This document shows, piece by piece, positions 1 through 10,216 of a stretch of 43,064 nucleotides of DNA; the first letter of the stretch is position 1; the number at the start of each line of letters is the position of its first letter. A model generated the notes under the pieces. That model was not told the origin of the DNA. It saw only the letters and a list, made by a program, of their open reading frames with translations, and searched no databases. The DNA is from Campylobacterales bacterium. Lineage in GTDB: Bacteria > Campylobacterota > Campylobacteria > Campylobacterales > Sulfurimonadaceae. The DNA lies in assembly GCA_038205935.1 (NCBI GenBank), contig JBBRBK010000011.1, positions 1 through 43,064 of the forward strand, read 5' to 3'. The translations under genes and the position numbers were made by a program.

Positions 1-405
1 CAGATAGGAAAAATCACGTGGATCTCTCTTGTCAACGCCCTCGTCACCCTTACTCTTTTTGCCTACCTATTAAAAAAAGGTGTTGCCTATGAGGTTGCTC
101 TTACAATCTCTTTTTGTACCATTGTCACTTCGCAGTGGGTAAATGCTGTTCTGGCACAAAAAAGTGAGGAGCCATTTTTTCTAAATATCAAAAAAAGCCT
201 TACTATCAATCCCTATGTCTGGATTGGTCTTGCCCTTGGAATTGCACTTCAAGGCAGCGTTTTATATTTTGTTCCAAATTGGCTTCACGTCATTACTCCA
301 ACTCCGTGGATGCTTGGATACATCCTGATAGCGACACTGCTCACATTTATATTGATAGAAAGCTATCAGTGGGCTATATGGTTGCTCAAAAAAAGATCTC
401 ACTGA
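1..405 (+). CDS. C-terminal fragment of a multi-pass membrane protein, probably a cation-transporting P-type ATPase (5' end outside window)
   Basis: Frame 1 is open from base 1 to TGA at 403-405: QIGKITWISLVNALVTLTLFAYLL...TISFCTIVTSQWVNA...NPYVWIGLALGIALQ...LKKRSH*. Hydrophobic segments resemble the Cation_ATPase_C region; the stop overlaps the tex stop. Confidence 0.6.
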   Translation, partial: QIGKITWISLVNALVTLTLFAYLLKKGVAYEVALTISFCTIVTSQWVNAVLAQKSEEPFFLNIKKSLTINPYVWIGLALGIALQGSVLYFVPNWLHVITPTPWMLGYILIATLLTFILIESYQWAIWLLKKRSH

Positions 406-2504
406 GAAGTTTTAAGACTTAGGCTCACTTTACCCTTTTCTCTATCTATTGCTATCACTTCGATATGTGAGAGATACTGATTAAGACTAACCGCTTCAAG
501 CGGATGCGAAACTCTTTTTTCGCTGATCTTTGAGATATGAATCAATCCATCATTTTTAAGACCGATATCTACAAATGCTCCAAAATCCGTAATATTTCTT
601 ACAACTCCCGAAACAATACTTCCCTCATGCAACATCGAAATGTCTGTAAGTCCGCTTTTAAAAGCGATGGGTGGTAGTTCCATTCTTGGATCAAAGCCTG
701 GTTTTTTGAGTTCAAATATGATGTCTTTTAATGTTTCTTTGCCTACATGTAAGGCATTTGAAACTACTGCAATATCCACATTATCCAAATCCATACTACT
801 TAGTTTTTCAGCAACTTTATAACTCTCAGGGTGGATACCTGTGTTTTCAAGCGGGTTTTTAGCGTCTTTTATGCGGATAAATCCTGCGGCTTGTTCATAC
901 GCTTTTTTACCCAAACCCTTTACATGTAAGAGTTCAGATTTTGTTTTAAAATTGCCATGTTCATCTCTATAGGCTATGATATTTTTGGCAAGTTTCTCTC
1001 CAATGCCCGCGACAAAAGATAAAAGCGAAGCAGAAGCGGAGTTGATGTCTACTCCCACACGATTTACAAGATCGACTGTGACATCAGAGAGTTTTTTCTC
1101 TAGAAGTTTTTGATCAACGTCATGCTGGTACTGCCCTATTCCTAGAGATTTTGGATCTATTTTAACTAAAGTCGCCATCGGATCACGAAGACGCCCAGCG
1201 ATGGAGATCGCTCCGCGGATCGTTACATCAAGTTTAGGATACTCATCTGAAGCAATTTTTGAGATGCTGTAAATCGAAGCACCCGCCTCTGAGACGATTG
1301 TGTAACTGAGTTGTTCCTCTATTTCACTGTTGATTCTTGCAAAAAACTCTTCTGTCTCTCTTGAAGCTGTTCCGTTGCCGATGGCGATGGCTTTGATATT
1401 GTATTTTTTAACAAGCTCTAAAATCTTTCTTTTTGAGTTTTCATAATCTTTTTTCGGCTCTGTCGGATAGATAACCGCAGAATCTAAAAAGTTGCCATTT
1501 TCATCTAAAACTGCAAGCTTACATCCGCTCACAAATGCTGGATCGACACCCAAAATCACTCTTTTTGTGACAGGTGGAGTGATGAGAAGTTGCGAGAGAT
1601 TTTTGCCAAAAGTGTTGATGGCTTGTACGTCCGCTTTTTCTTTGAGTTCCGCATGGACTTCGCGCTCGATGGATGGAAGTAAAAGACGCTTGAGTCCATC
1701 TTTGTAAGCATCAAATAAAAGTTCTTTAGAGCTTGAGGCATTGCGAGGAATCTTATAGCTTTTGATATTTTGTTCTATGCGCTCCATATCGACACTTATC
1801 TTGACACTTAGCTCTTTTTCATTGACTCCGCGCATCAAAGCTAAGTATCTGTGCGAAGGAATATAAGCGACTTTTTCACTCTTATCTACAAAGTTTAGAA
1901 GTACCCCCTTTTCATTGAAACTTTTACCCTTTTTAATCTCTAAGTTTCCATAACGCGACATAGTATTTCGTAAGTTTTCACGCTCTCTTGGCTCTTCTGC
2001 GTAACACTCTGCCAAAATATCTTGCGCGCCAGAAACGGCTTCATCCACGCTTTTTACTGCACCTTTTACAAAACTTTTAGCAAAAACCAAAAACTCCTCT
2101 TTGCTCATTTTCGCACTTTGAAGAGTGTTTGCCAAAGGTGTGAGTCCATTTGCCACGGCGACACTTGCGCGTGAACTTTTTTTCTCTTTAAAAGGACGAT
2201 AAATATCCTCCAAAATTCTCAAGTTTTCGGCTTCATCGATACTTTTTTGTATCTCAGGTGTGAGTGTCGCTCGCTCAGCGATGAGCCTTTTGACATCCTC
2301 TTTACGTTCTAAGAGTTTTTTCGTACTTGTATAAATATCTTCAAAAGCACGAAGTGTTTCATCATCCGCTCCGCCTGTGAGTTCTTTTCGGTAACGAGCA
2401 ATAAAGGGAATAGTCGCGCCCTCTTCTAAAAGTTTTAAGATATTGGAAATGATCTCAGGTTTGAGATTTGTTTTTTGAGCAAGAAGATTGAGAAGGTTTT
2501 GCAT
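399..2504 (-). CDS. tex: Tex/YhgF family RNA-binding transcriptional accessory protein
   Basis: N-terminal TIPFIARYRKE, YqgF-like GVDPAF..GCKLAV, IAIGNGTASRET, SLGIGQYQHDV, HhH repeats, C-terminal S1 domain (VRNITDFGAFVDIG). Confidence 0.95.
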   Translation of the reverse strand: MQNLLNLLAQKTNLKPEIISNILKLLEEGATIPFIARYRKELTGGADDETLRAFEDIYTSTKKLLERKEDVKRLIAERATLTPEIQKSIDEAENLRILEDIYRPFKEKKSSRASVAVANGLTPLANTLQSAKMSKEEFLVFAKSFVKGAVKSVDEAVSGAQDILAECYAEEPRERENLRNTMSRYGNLEIKKGKSFNEKGVLLNFVDKSEKVAYIPSHRYLALMRGVNEKELSVKISVDMERIEQNIKSYKIPRNASSSKELLFDAYKDGLKRLLLPSIEREVHAELKEKADVQAINTFGKNLSQLLITPPVTKRVILGVDPAFVSGCKLAVLDENGNFLDSAVIYPTEPKKDYENSKRKILELVKKYNIKAIAIGNGTASRETEEFFARINSEIEEQLSYTIVSEAGASIYSISKIASDEYPKLDVTIRGAISIAGRLRDPMATLVKIDPKSLGIGQYQHDVDQKLLEKKLSDVTVDLVNRVGVDINSASASLLSFVAGIGEKLAKNIIAYRDEHGNFKTKSELLHVKGLGKKAYEQAAGFIRIKDAKNPLENTGIHPESYKVAEKLSSMDLDNVDIAVVSNALHVGKETLKDIIFELKKPGFDPRMELPPIAFKSGLTDISMLHEGSIVSGVVRNITDFGAFVDIGLKNDGLIHISKISEKRVSHPLEAVSLNQYLSHIEVIAIDREKGKVSLSLKTSQ

Positions 2505-2542
2505 GGCTTATCTTTAAGTAATTTTTGTGGATTATACTGTTT

Positions 2543-3391
2543 TTACGACAATGAGGGTGAAAATGCCTTTGTGCTAACTTGGACTTTTTGTCCGATGGTA
2601 AAGTTTTTGACTTCTTGTGAATTTACAACGACTTCGACGATTTGCTGGCCGATAGCAACCACGGCGATATAGATGACATCTGCTTTTATGATCTCTAAAA
2701 GTTCGCCCGAAAATGTAAACTTTTGGCTTCCTCTAGTGTGCAACAGTATCTCTTTTGTTGTGCCGTCTTGGGTGATTTTCCCTTGTTCTAAGACAAGCAC
2801 TCTTGAAGCAAGACGATAGATTTCACTTGGATCATGACTCACCATAATGGTTGTCGTACCAAACTCTTTATGCAACGTTAATATGTCGTGCTGAAGCTTT
2901 GTTCTCATCTCTGGATCAAGCGCTGAAAGCGGTTCATCCATAAGTAAAATCTTTGGACGTTTCATCAACGCTCGACATAAAGAGACACGCTGTTTTTGTC
3001 CGCCGCTCAAAGTATTTGGATATCTGTTTTTAAGTTCACTGAGTTGGGTAAGTTCTAAAAGATGATTGGCAAGTTTTTCATCTTTTTGCACATAAAGCAG
3101 ATTTTGCATCACTGTCATATTTGCAAAAAGTGCATAATCTTGAAATACAAAACCGATCCCACGCTCTTGAGGCGGTAACTTTTTCTTGCCATCAAGCCAC
3201 TTTGTGCCAAAAACATCTATCTCACCGCTCGCTTCTTCAAGTCCTGCGAGTATACGTAAAAGCGTCGTTTTTCCGCTTCCACTTTGTCCAGAGAGTGCTA
3301 CAAAATCGCCCTGCTTTAACTCAAGGCTTACATGTAAAGCCATCTCACCGTTTGAACCGTGAAGTTTTTTGTTAATGTTTAGTTTTAGCAT
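2543..3391 (-). CDS. modC: Molybdate ABC transporter ATP-binding protein
   Basis: Walker A GQSGSGKT, signature LSGGQKQR, Walker B LLMDEP, C-terminal TOBE-like region; follows modB. Confidence 0.9.
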   Translation of the reverse strand: MLKLNINKKLHGSNGEMALHVSLELKQGDFVALSGQSGSGKTTLLRILAGLEEASGEIDVFGTKWLDGKKKLPPQERGIGFVFQDYALFANMTVMQNLLYVQKDEKLANHLLELTQLSELKNRYPNTLSGGQKQRVSLCRALMKRPKILLMDEPLSALDPEMRTKLQHDILTLHKEFGTTTIMVSHDPSEIYRLASRVLVLEQGKITQDGTTKEILLHTRGSQKFTFSGELLEIIKADVIYIAVVAIGQQIVEVVVNSQEVKNFTIGQKVQVSTKAFSPSLS

Positions 3392-4074
3392 TAGATCACT
3401 CTCAATTTACGGTTTTGATGTTGGTTAAACATATAAACGCCAAGCAGTACCAAAAAGCTAATAGCAACCATAATGGCGCTGTAAATATGTGCAGATTTAT
3501 AGTCCATAATCTCGACATATTCATAGATTGCTACAGATGCGACTTTTGTCTCTCCCGGAATAGATCCACCTACCATTAGTACGACACCAAACTCTCCGAC
3601 TGTATGTGCGAAGGTGATGATAAGTGCTGTCAAAAGTGCGGGTTTAATGTTTGGAAGTGCTACATGATAGAGTGTTTTTATCTTCCCTTTTCCTGCGATG
3701 TAAGAGGCTTCGAGCATATTTTTATTTAAAGATTCAAATCCGCTTTGAAGCGGTTGCACCATAAAAGGAAAGGAGTAAAAACAGCTGGCAATCACAAGAC
3801 CTGTAAAATTAAAAACCATCTTGATACCAAAATACTCATTCATAAATGAGCCAAAGGGCGAGTTATAAGAAAGCGCGTAAAGAATGTAAAAACCAAGCAC
3901 CGACGGAGGTAAAACGATAGGCAAAGAAACGATGGCTTCGATGACGGGTTTAAATCTATTTTTTGTCTGAGAAAGCCACCAGCCAAGAGGCAAGGCAATT
4001 AAAAATAGGATGAAAGTAACAGTAGCAGCTAAGCGAAATGAGAGAAAAAATGGTTCAAAATTGAGATCGTTCAC
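3391..4074 (-). CDS. modB: Molybdate ABC transporter permease
   Basis: [36 protein letters not shown] motifs; GTG start coupled to the modD stop. Confidence 0.93.
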   Translation of the reverse strand: MNDLNFEPFFLSFRLAATVTFILFLIALPLGWWLSQTKNRFKPVIEAIVSLPIVLPPSVLGFYILYALSYNSPFGSFMNEYFGIKMVFNFTGLVIASCFYSFPFMVQPLQSGFESLNKNMLEASYIAGKGKIKTLYHVALPNIKPALLTALIITFAHTVGEFGVVLMVGGSIPGETKVASVAIYEYVEIMDYKSAHIYSAIMVAISFLVLLGVYMFNQHQNRKLRVI

Positions 4075-4916
4075 AGGTTGATCCAGCGTGTTCCAAAGTC
4101 TGCCATTTTAGCTTGATAAGGACTGCTAGTGACGATGGCATCTACTCCAGTTTTGGCAAAAAGTGCAGCGTTTTCTTTGTTGATACCTCCTGCGGCTAGT
4201 ATCTTTGCGTGAGGAAAGTTCTGATTTTTGTACTCTACCAACTCTTTTAAAACACTTTGATCGCATTTATCCATCTGGATCACATCTGCGCCAAGGCAAA
4301 GCATCTCTTTTGCATCTTCAAGCGTATCAGATTCTACAACCACTTTTTTCTCGACCGCTTTTCTTTTTAAGTCGTGAAATGCGTTAATAAACTGCTCTTT
4401 ATCTTCAAAAAGTGCACGATGATGATCGAAAATAACGATGGATTCTGAAAGTCCTAGACGATGAGGCAAAACACCACCACAAAGCAATGCTCGCATGGCA
4501 AACTTTTTTGTAAAGGGTATGCTTTTTCTTGTGACTAAAATCTCACATTTAGGATTGAGAGTATGGGCATTTTGAAGCATTTGATACCCGTATGTAGCGA
4601 TGCCACAAGCGTATTCAAGTAAGACGGCACACAATTTCCACGCTTGATGGAGTTTATCTGAATCGCCTTGGAGTTTTAAAACCAAAGATCCCGCTTGTAA
4701 AAATGTAGTAGAAGGTGTATTTTTTACGATACTGCATCCTAAAAGTTCTGCGACTCTTTGTGCTTCTTCAGAACAGGCGACGACGATGTCATCTCTTGTA
4801 AATATCTCAAGTTTAGCAAGCTTTGGTGTTGGTGCTAAAAGATGTGTGGTAAGGTCAAAATATGGGATATCTTCTCTGATATATTCGATGAGTTCGTGGT
4901 CTAAAAGTGGAGTCAA
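4071..4916 (-). CDS. modD: ModD protein (QPRTase/NadC-like, molybdate operon)
   Basis: [29 protein letters not shown] motifs of the NadC/ModD fold, located inside a mod operon. Confidence 0.88.
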   Translation of the reverse strand: MTPLLDHELIEYIREDIPYFDLTTHLLAPTPKLAKLEIFTRDDIVVACSEEAQRVAELLGCSIVKNTPSTTFLQAGSLVLKLQGDSDKLHQAWKLCAVLLEYACGIATYGYQMLQNAHTLNPKCEILVTRKSIPFTKKFAMRALLCGGVLPHRLGLSESIVIFDHHRALFEDKEQFINAFHDLKRKAVEKKVVVESDTLEDAKEMLCLGADVIQMDKCDQSVLKELVEYKNQNFPHAKILAAGGINKENAALFAKTGVDAIVTSSPYQAKMADFGTRWINL

Positions 4917-4927
4917 AAAAAATCCTT

Positions 4928-5323
4928 TTATTCTATTGATGCTATTGAAAGATCGCTTGCTTTTATGAGTGCGACAACTTTATCGTTTACATGTAAGTCA
5001 AGTTTTTTGAGCGACTTTGTTGTGATGATACTCTCCAAAATACTTTCCTCTACATGTAGAGTAATACTTGATAAAAGAGTTCCCATTTGTATCTCTTTTA
5101 TCAAACATTCCAGCTGATTTGAAAGTGAAATATCTTCAATTTTATGTTTTGCCAAGACAACATTAGTTGCCTTGACTAGAAGTGTCACAACCGTGCCGAC
5201 TTTCACTTTTTCATCTATCTCTAAAGCTACTAATGCAAGAAGATTTTCCTGCATCTTAAACTCTACAAGAGAGATTCCCTCAAAGTTATGCATCTGTGCT
5301 ACTGTTGCTTTTAGTGTGTTCAT
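4928..5323 (-). CDS. TOBE/Mop molybdate-binding domain protein (two TOBE repeats)
   Basis: SLSNQLEC.I..I..G, ESIITTKSL..LDL, VALIKASDL resemble Mop/TOBE repeats; lies between modA and modD. Confidence 0.85.
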   Translation of the reverse strand: MNTLKATVAQMHNFEGISLVEFKMQENLLALVALEIDEKVKVGTVVTLLVKATNVVLAKHKIEDISLSNQLECLIKEIQMGTLLSSITLHVEESILESIITTKSLKKLDLHVNDKVVALIKASDLSIASIE

Positions 5324-6066
5324 TAAATGATGTATCCATATTTTTTAAAGATTGCTTTTGCTTTTTGGCTTAGAATAAAGTCATAAAATGCTTTATATTC
5401 TTTATTGTCTTTTGCAAATTTTAGCAGAACGATTCCTTGTTGTATAGGTGTGTAAAGTTTTGGATCAACTTCTGCATAGTTTATACCCTCTTTATATTGA
5501 GCCATTTTAGGACTATAAAGAGAGGACTTTGCAATAATTCCTATATCTGCCGCAGTTGTCGTATAGGCTACAGCTTGAGAAATACTCTCTGCATAAACAA
5601 ATTTGTCTTTCACTTGATTGTAGATCCCAGCTTTTTGCATCGCTTCTACCGCGGCTTTTCCATAAGGTGCAGTGGTTGGATTTGCGATAGCGATTTTATT
5701 GATATTTTTTGATATCAAGACATTTATGCCCTTGTTAAAATCCTGTTTTTGCACACTTAAATACGCTAAAGAGCCTTGAGCATACACAACGGGTTTCGTA
5801 GTTGCCATGCCCTCGCTATAAAGGGCTTCAGGAAACTTCATATCAGCAGACATAAAAACTCCATACGGAGCACCGTTTTTAATCTGAGCCGTAAGCTTTC
5901 CACTGCTTCCAAGGGTGACTTGTACCTTTGTTTGTGGAGAAATTTTAGCAAACTCAGATTTTAGTTCATCCATAGCGTAACTTACGTTTGCCGCCACTGC
6001 GATATTGATCTCGCCTGCAAAAAGTGAAGAGATTGAGAATAATAACGCTAAAACTGTCTTTTTCAT
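5323..6066 (-). CDS. modA: Molybdate ABC transporter periplasmic binding protein
   Basis: Signal peptide, IAVAAN, GSSGKLTAQIKNGAP.. FMSAD, IAIANP..APYG.AA motifs. Confidence 0.93.
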   Translation of the reverse strand: MKKTVLALLFSISSLFAGEINIAVAANVSYAMDELKSEFAKISPQTKVQVTLGSSGKLTAQIKNGAPYGVFMSADMKFPEALYSEGMATTKPVVYAQGSLAYLSVQKQDFNKGINVLISKNINKIAIANPTTAPYGKAAVEAMQKAGIYNQVKDKFVYAESISQAVAYTTTAADIGIIAKSSLYSPKMAQYKEGINYAEVDPKLYTPIQQGIVLLKFAKDNKEYKAFYDFILSQKAKAIFKKYGYII

Positions 6067-6077
6067 TGTGTTTCCTT

Positions 6078-7556
6078 TTAAAATAAATAGTTGAACTCTA
6101 AACGAGAGTCGAGATTATCATTATTAGCTGCATTTGATGTTCCATTGAGAATATCATCATATCCTATTCTTAAACGCCATTGAAACTGTGGTAACGCCGG
6201 TAGATTTTGCATAAATCCTACATAATAATAATTTTCACTCTGCCACCCTTTTGCCATATCATTATCTGTATGAAGAGCTGAAACTTCTACATGTAAGTCT
6301 TTTAATGCAGGCGCTATATTTGTTTTTGCTACAAATTGAACACGATAACTTCTTGAATCTGCATACCAGTTATAACGAGCCATAGAACGAGTATATCCAG
6401 CTGTTGGAAATGCTCTCCACGGATCTATCAAGTCAGCTTTTCCATAGATGTTAGAATAGCCAAGATTTAATGTATAGTTTTGATATTTTGTTACTAATCT
6501 TGCCGCGATCATATCTGAATTCATGGAAGTCGGATCATCATATGCAGCTTTGATTTTTGCATCTGTTAGCGCTTTTCCGCTTAAAGATGCTCCTCCAACC
6601 TCGCCAGCGCCCTCATCAAACTGATGTAGATATCTTACACCCGGAGTAATTGAAAAGTCCTTACCCAACGCGATTTTATAGTTACCTTCTAGCATCGCTT
6701 GAGATACAAGTTCTGGAACATTATAAGCAGAAGCATCCAGTTTTAAATTTTTTACGGAAGTGTTATGCACTTCGGCGATGATAAGCGGCGCATCTGTGGA
6801 CTTGCCATGTTTCATAAGATTTGCATAAGTTAGACCTTTCGCCATCGCCGTGTCATCATTGATGCTGTCGCTTGTGAGACTGCTTGAATATACTAAAGGT
6901 GAATTTGTATCTGCATGTCCACGCATCTTTTCATCGGCTAAATATGCGATAGTCGCTTTTGTGTTTGCTAAAGCACTCGTATTAAATACTACGCCATCAA
7001 AGGTTTCTGGAATCATCTTTGTATCATTTGAAGCTGTGAAAAATGTTTCAACAAATTGACGACCAACGATCACTTCGCTTTTAGAAATACCGCTATAACG
7101 AAGATAAGCTTGACCTAAAACACCAAGATCCTGACTTCCATTGGCACGATAATCTGGTCTATTTAAAACATCGGCACCACCTTTGAGGTTATTGATAGTC
7201 GCAAGAGACGCGTTATCTACAAAACCATGTGTATAGTAAAGACCCAATCTCGCATCAAAATTATCATACACTCCACTTTGAAATACCAGAGAACCACCCA
7301 GCCCGCTTGATAAGGTATCGTTTTGTGTTGACTTGGAGTAGTTAAACAAGAACGTATTTGATCTTAGTCTTCCAAAAAAATCTCCTTTACTAAACATATC
7401 TGAAAAGTTATCGACACTTGTAGGTTGAGCATTGTATTTAACTGTATAACTTCCTGCCAAGGTAGCTTTTGGCGTTGTATCCTCTGCAAAAGATTGTGTG
7501 CTTATACAAAATGCTATCGCTGCCATCGAGACTTTTATCATTCTACTTTGTTTCAT
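6078..7556 (-). CDS. OprD-family/Campylobacterota-type outer-membrane beta-barrel porin
   Basis: Signal peptide ending SFA-E, alternating amphipathic strands, C-terminal RLEFNYLF (terminal Phe beta-signal). Start at 7556 chosen from the AAGGA RBS spacing. Confidence 0.8.
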   Translation of the reverse strand: MKQSRMIKVSMAAIAFCISTQSFAEDTTPKATLAGSYTVKYNAQPTSVDNFSDMFSKGDFFGRLRSNTFLFNYSKSTQNDTLSSGLGGSLVFQSGVYDNFDARLGLYYTHGFVDNASLATINNLKGGADVLNRPDYRANGSQDLGVLGQAYLRYSGISKSEVIVGRQFVETFFTASNDTKMIPETFDGVVFNTSALANTKATIAYLADEKMRGHADTNSPLVYSSSLTSDSINDDTAMAKGLTYANLMKHGKSTDAPLIIAEVHNTSVKNLKLDASAYNVPELVSQAMLEGNYKIALGKDFSITPGVRYLHQFDEGAGEVGGASLSGKALTDAKIKAAYDDPTSMNSDMIAARLVTKYQNYTLNLGYSNIYGKADLIDPWRAFPTAGYTRSMARYNWYADSRSYRVQFVAKTNIAPALKDLHVEVSALHTDNDMAKGWQSENYYYVGFMQNLPALPQFQWRLRIGYDDILNGTSNAANNDNLDSRLEFNYLF

Positions 7557-7584
7557 TTCCATCCTTTAAATCAAATCTATTTTT

Positions 7585-7610
7585 GGTTGTATACTTATGT
7601 ACATAACGAT
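7585..7610. promoter_or_regulatory. ModE-like operator (site 1)
   Basis: Minus strand reads ATCGTTATGTACATAAGTATACAACC, similar to the ModE box CGTTATATA-N-TATATAACG; directly upstream of the porin-mod operon. Confidence 0.65.
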
Positions 7611-7612
7611 CT

Positions 7613-7630
7613 ATGCAAAAATAATGCCTA
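7613..7630 (-). promoter_or_regulatory. Candidate sigma54 (-24/-12) promoter of the porin-mod operon
   Basis: Minus strand TAGGCATTATTTTTGCAT = GG-N10-GC, with GGCA and TTGCA half-sites. Confidence 0.55.
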
Positions 7631-7665
7631 GCATTATGTGACAAAGTACTTCAATTCAAAACATT

Positions 7666-7693
7666 TTCGTAGTATATATTTTTACATAACGAA
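7666..7693. promoter_or_regulatory. ModE-like operator (site 2)
   Basis: TTCGTAGTATATATTTTTACATAACGAA: TTCGT...ACGAA inverted ends; shares TACATAACGA with site 1. Confidence 0.55.
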
Positions 7694-7817
7694 CTGTCAA
7701 GAGTAAAGTTGTTAATATTATGTTCAATAAAATATATATTTGTCCCACCTAGACGTTTATTTTGCTATCAGTATAGTTGCGTTATAATCGCGAAAATTTT
7801 TCTTTAGGAATCTAGAT

Positions 7818-9575
7818 TTGAGAACTCATTATTGTACAGACCTAAGCATAAAAAATGTCGGTGAAGTCGTTACTATCGCTGGTTGGGCAAATAGCTACCG
7901 TGATCATGGCGGAATTATATTCATCGATGTACGTGATAAAAGCGGACTTATCCAACTTGTATTTGATCCATCTGATAATGCCGAAGCACATAAAGTTGCT
8001 GATGGTGTTCGTGATGAGTTTGTACTTGTTGCAACTGGTAAGATCCGTCCTCGTGGTGAAGGACTTGTAAATCCTCGTCTTAAAACCGGTGATATAGAGA
8101 TGGTTGTAGATGTATTGGTCATAGAAAATAAAAGTGCCCCTACTCCATTTGTAATCGGTGATAAAAACGTCGGCGAAGAAACGCGTTTAAGATACCGTTA
8201 TTTAGAACTTCGTGATCCATCTATGTTTGAGACTTTCCGTCTTCGTTCAAAAGCGGCTATCGCAGCTCGTAACGTACTTGACGCTCACGGATTTTTAGAA
8301 GTTGAAACTCCTATTTTGACAAAATCAACTCCAGAGGGAGCTAGAGATTATCTTGTGCCTTCACGTGTTCACAACGGAGAGTTTTACGCGCTTCCACAAT
8401 CTCCACAGCTTTTCAAACAGCTTTTAATGGTTGGCGGATTTGACAGATATTTCCAGATCGCAAAATGTTTTAGAGATGAAGATTTAAGAGCGGACAGACA
8501 ACCGGAATTTACTCAAATAGACGTCGAGATGAGCTTTTGTACTCAAAAAGATGTTATCAAAGTCGCTGAAGACCTTCTTGTTGGTATGTTTAGCGCTTGT
8601 GGCGTAGAGATCAAGCCACCGTTTAACCACATCAAATACTCTGATGCTATGGAATGGTACGGTTCAGACAAACCAGACCTTCGTTATGATCTTAAAATGG
8701 TTGATGTTATCGACATTTTTGAGCGTTGTGACAATGAGATATTTACAAATATCGCAAAACAACCTCATAAAAACCGTATCAAAGCGCTAAGAGTTCCGGG
8801 TGCTGACCTTGTTTTTTCTAAACGTGAGATGAAAAGTTTTGAAGATTATGTACGTAAATTCGGTGCACATGGTCTTGGATACTTCCAGATGCAAGAAGAC
8901 GGCTTAAAAGGTCCACTTTTGAAATTCTTCAAAGAAGAAGATATCGCTCTTTTGATCGAGAGAACTGAACTTGAAGTGGGTGACGTTGTTTTCTTTGGTG
9001 CAGGTGATAAAAAAACTGTTCTTGATTATATGGGACGTTTTAGAATCTTTATCGCTGAACATGAGAAGATGAATCTTGTCGATAAAGACAAATTTGAGTT
9101 CGTATGGGTTGTTGATTTTCCTATGTTTGAAGTGGAAGATGGTCGTGTTAAAGCACTTCACCACCCATTTACGATGCCTAAAGATACAGATAAAACGGAT
9201 GTTGAAGAGATAGAATCTATCGCTTATGATATTGTTTTAAATGGAACTGAACTAGGCGGTGGAAGTATCCGTATCCATAAACCTGAAGTTCAAGAAGAAA
9301 TATTTAAGCTTTTAGGCATCGGAGAAGAGGAAGCTAGAGAAAAATTTGGCTTCTTGCTTGACGCACTTAAATTTGGTGCTCCTCCACATGGCGGATTTGC
9401 TATCGGTTTTGACAGACTTATGATGCTAATTTCTAAAAAATCAAGTATCCGTGATGTTATCGCTTTCCCTAAAACACAAAAAGCTTCTTGTCTACTTACT
9501 CAAGCGCCAAGTCCAGTAGATAACGACCAACTCAAAGACTTGCATATCAGAATCCGCGAGCAAGTAAAAGCGTAA
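7818..9575 (+). CDS. aspS: Aspartate--tRNA ligase (likely non-discriminating Asp/Asn)
   Basis: MRTHYC start, [53 protein letters not shown] motifs; TATAAT at 7783-7788. Confidence 0.97.
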   Translation: MRTHYCTDLSIKNVGEVVTIAGWANSYRDHGGIIFIDVRDKSGLIQLVFDPSDNAEAHKVADGVRDEFVLVATGKIRPRGEGLVNPRLKTGDIEMVVDVLVIENKSAPTPFVIGDKNVGEETRLRYRYLELRDPSMFETFRLRSKAAIAARNVLDAHGFLEVETPILTKSTPEGARDYLVPSRVHNGEFYALPQSPQLFKQLLMVGGFDRYFQIAKCFRDEDLRADRQPEFTQIDVEMSFCTQKDVIKVAEDLLVGMFSACGVEIKPPFNHIKYSDAMEWYGSDKPDLRYDLKMVDVIDIFERCDNEIFTNIAKQPHKNRIKALRVPGADLVFSKREMKSFEDYVRKFGAHGLGYFQMQEDGLKGPLLKFFKEEDIALLIERTELEVGDVVFFGAGDKKTVLDYMGRFRIFIAEHEKMNLVDKDKFEFVWVVDFPMFEVEDGRVKALHHPFTMPKDTDKTDVEEIESIAYDIVLNGTELGGGSIRIHKPEVQEEIFKLLGIGEEEAREKFGFLLDALKFGAPPHGGFAIGFDRLMMLISKKSSIRDVIAFPKTQKASCLLTQAPSPVDNDQLKDLHIRIREQVKA

Positions 9576-10150
9576 TGAGTCGTAAAAAACTATTTCTCAT
9601 TATCGGAGCTCCTGGCTCTGGGAAAACGACAGATGCAGAGCTGATCGCAAAGCAAAACGATGAGATAACACACTACTCTACTGGCGATATGCTTAGAGCA
9701 GAAGTTGCGAGTGGCAGTGAGCTGGGCTTAGAGATAAATAACTACATCTCAAAAGGTCTTATCGTCCCTATTAAAATTGCAATCACAACTATCGTAAATG
9801 CCATAAAAAATGCTCCAACAGATATTATCATAATAGATGGTTATCCTAGAAGTATGGAGCAGTTAAACGCTTTGGATGAATATCTGCAAAACGATTCATC
9901 TTTAGAACTTAGCTGCGTCATAGAAGTACATGTAAGCGAAGAAACGGCTCGTGATAGAGTCCTAGGACGCGCTCGCGGTGCTGATGACAATACAGAAGTT
10001 TTTGATAACCGCATGAAAGTTTACACTGAACCACTAGAAGAAATACAAGCTTTTTATAACGCTAAAAATCTCCTACATGTAATAAGTGGCGAAGGAAATA
10101 TAGAAGATATAGTTGCTCAGATGGGAAGTTTTATCATTTCTAAAATGTAA
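9575..10150 (+). CDS. adk: Adenylate kinase, short (reduced LID) Campylobacterota type
   Basis: GAPGSGKT P-loop, [22 protein letters not shown] short LID; coupled to aspS as in Campylobacter and Helicobacter. Confidence 0.9.
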   Translation: MSRKKLFLIIGAPGSGKTTDAELIAKQNDEITHYSTGDMLRAEVASGSELGLEINNYISKGLIVPIKIAITTIVNAIKNAPTDIIIIDGYPRSMEQLNALDEYLQNDSSLELSCVIEVHVSEETARDRVLGRARGADDNTEVFDNRMKVYTEPLEEIQAFYNAKNLLHVISGEGNIEDIVAQMGSFIISKM

Positions 10151-10152
10151 TT

Positions 10153-10179
10153 TAGTATCTGGAATTTTTCTGGATACTA
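10153..10179. terminator. Probable intrinsic terminator hairpin between convergent genes
   Basis: TAGTATCTGGAA-TTT-TTCTGGATACTA inverted repeat (with G-U pairs) just after the adk stop, followed by T-rich sequence. Confidence 0.6.
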
Positions 10180-10216
10180 TTTCATATTTTTGACAAAGTG
10201 CTTAAGAAAAATACTC

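Noticed and set aside
7640..7760. NifA upstream activator site for the mod promoter
   Set aside because: No TGT-N10-ACA match found by eye.
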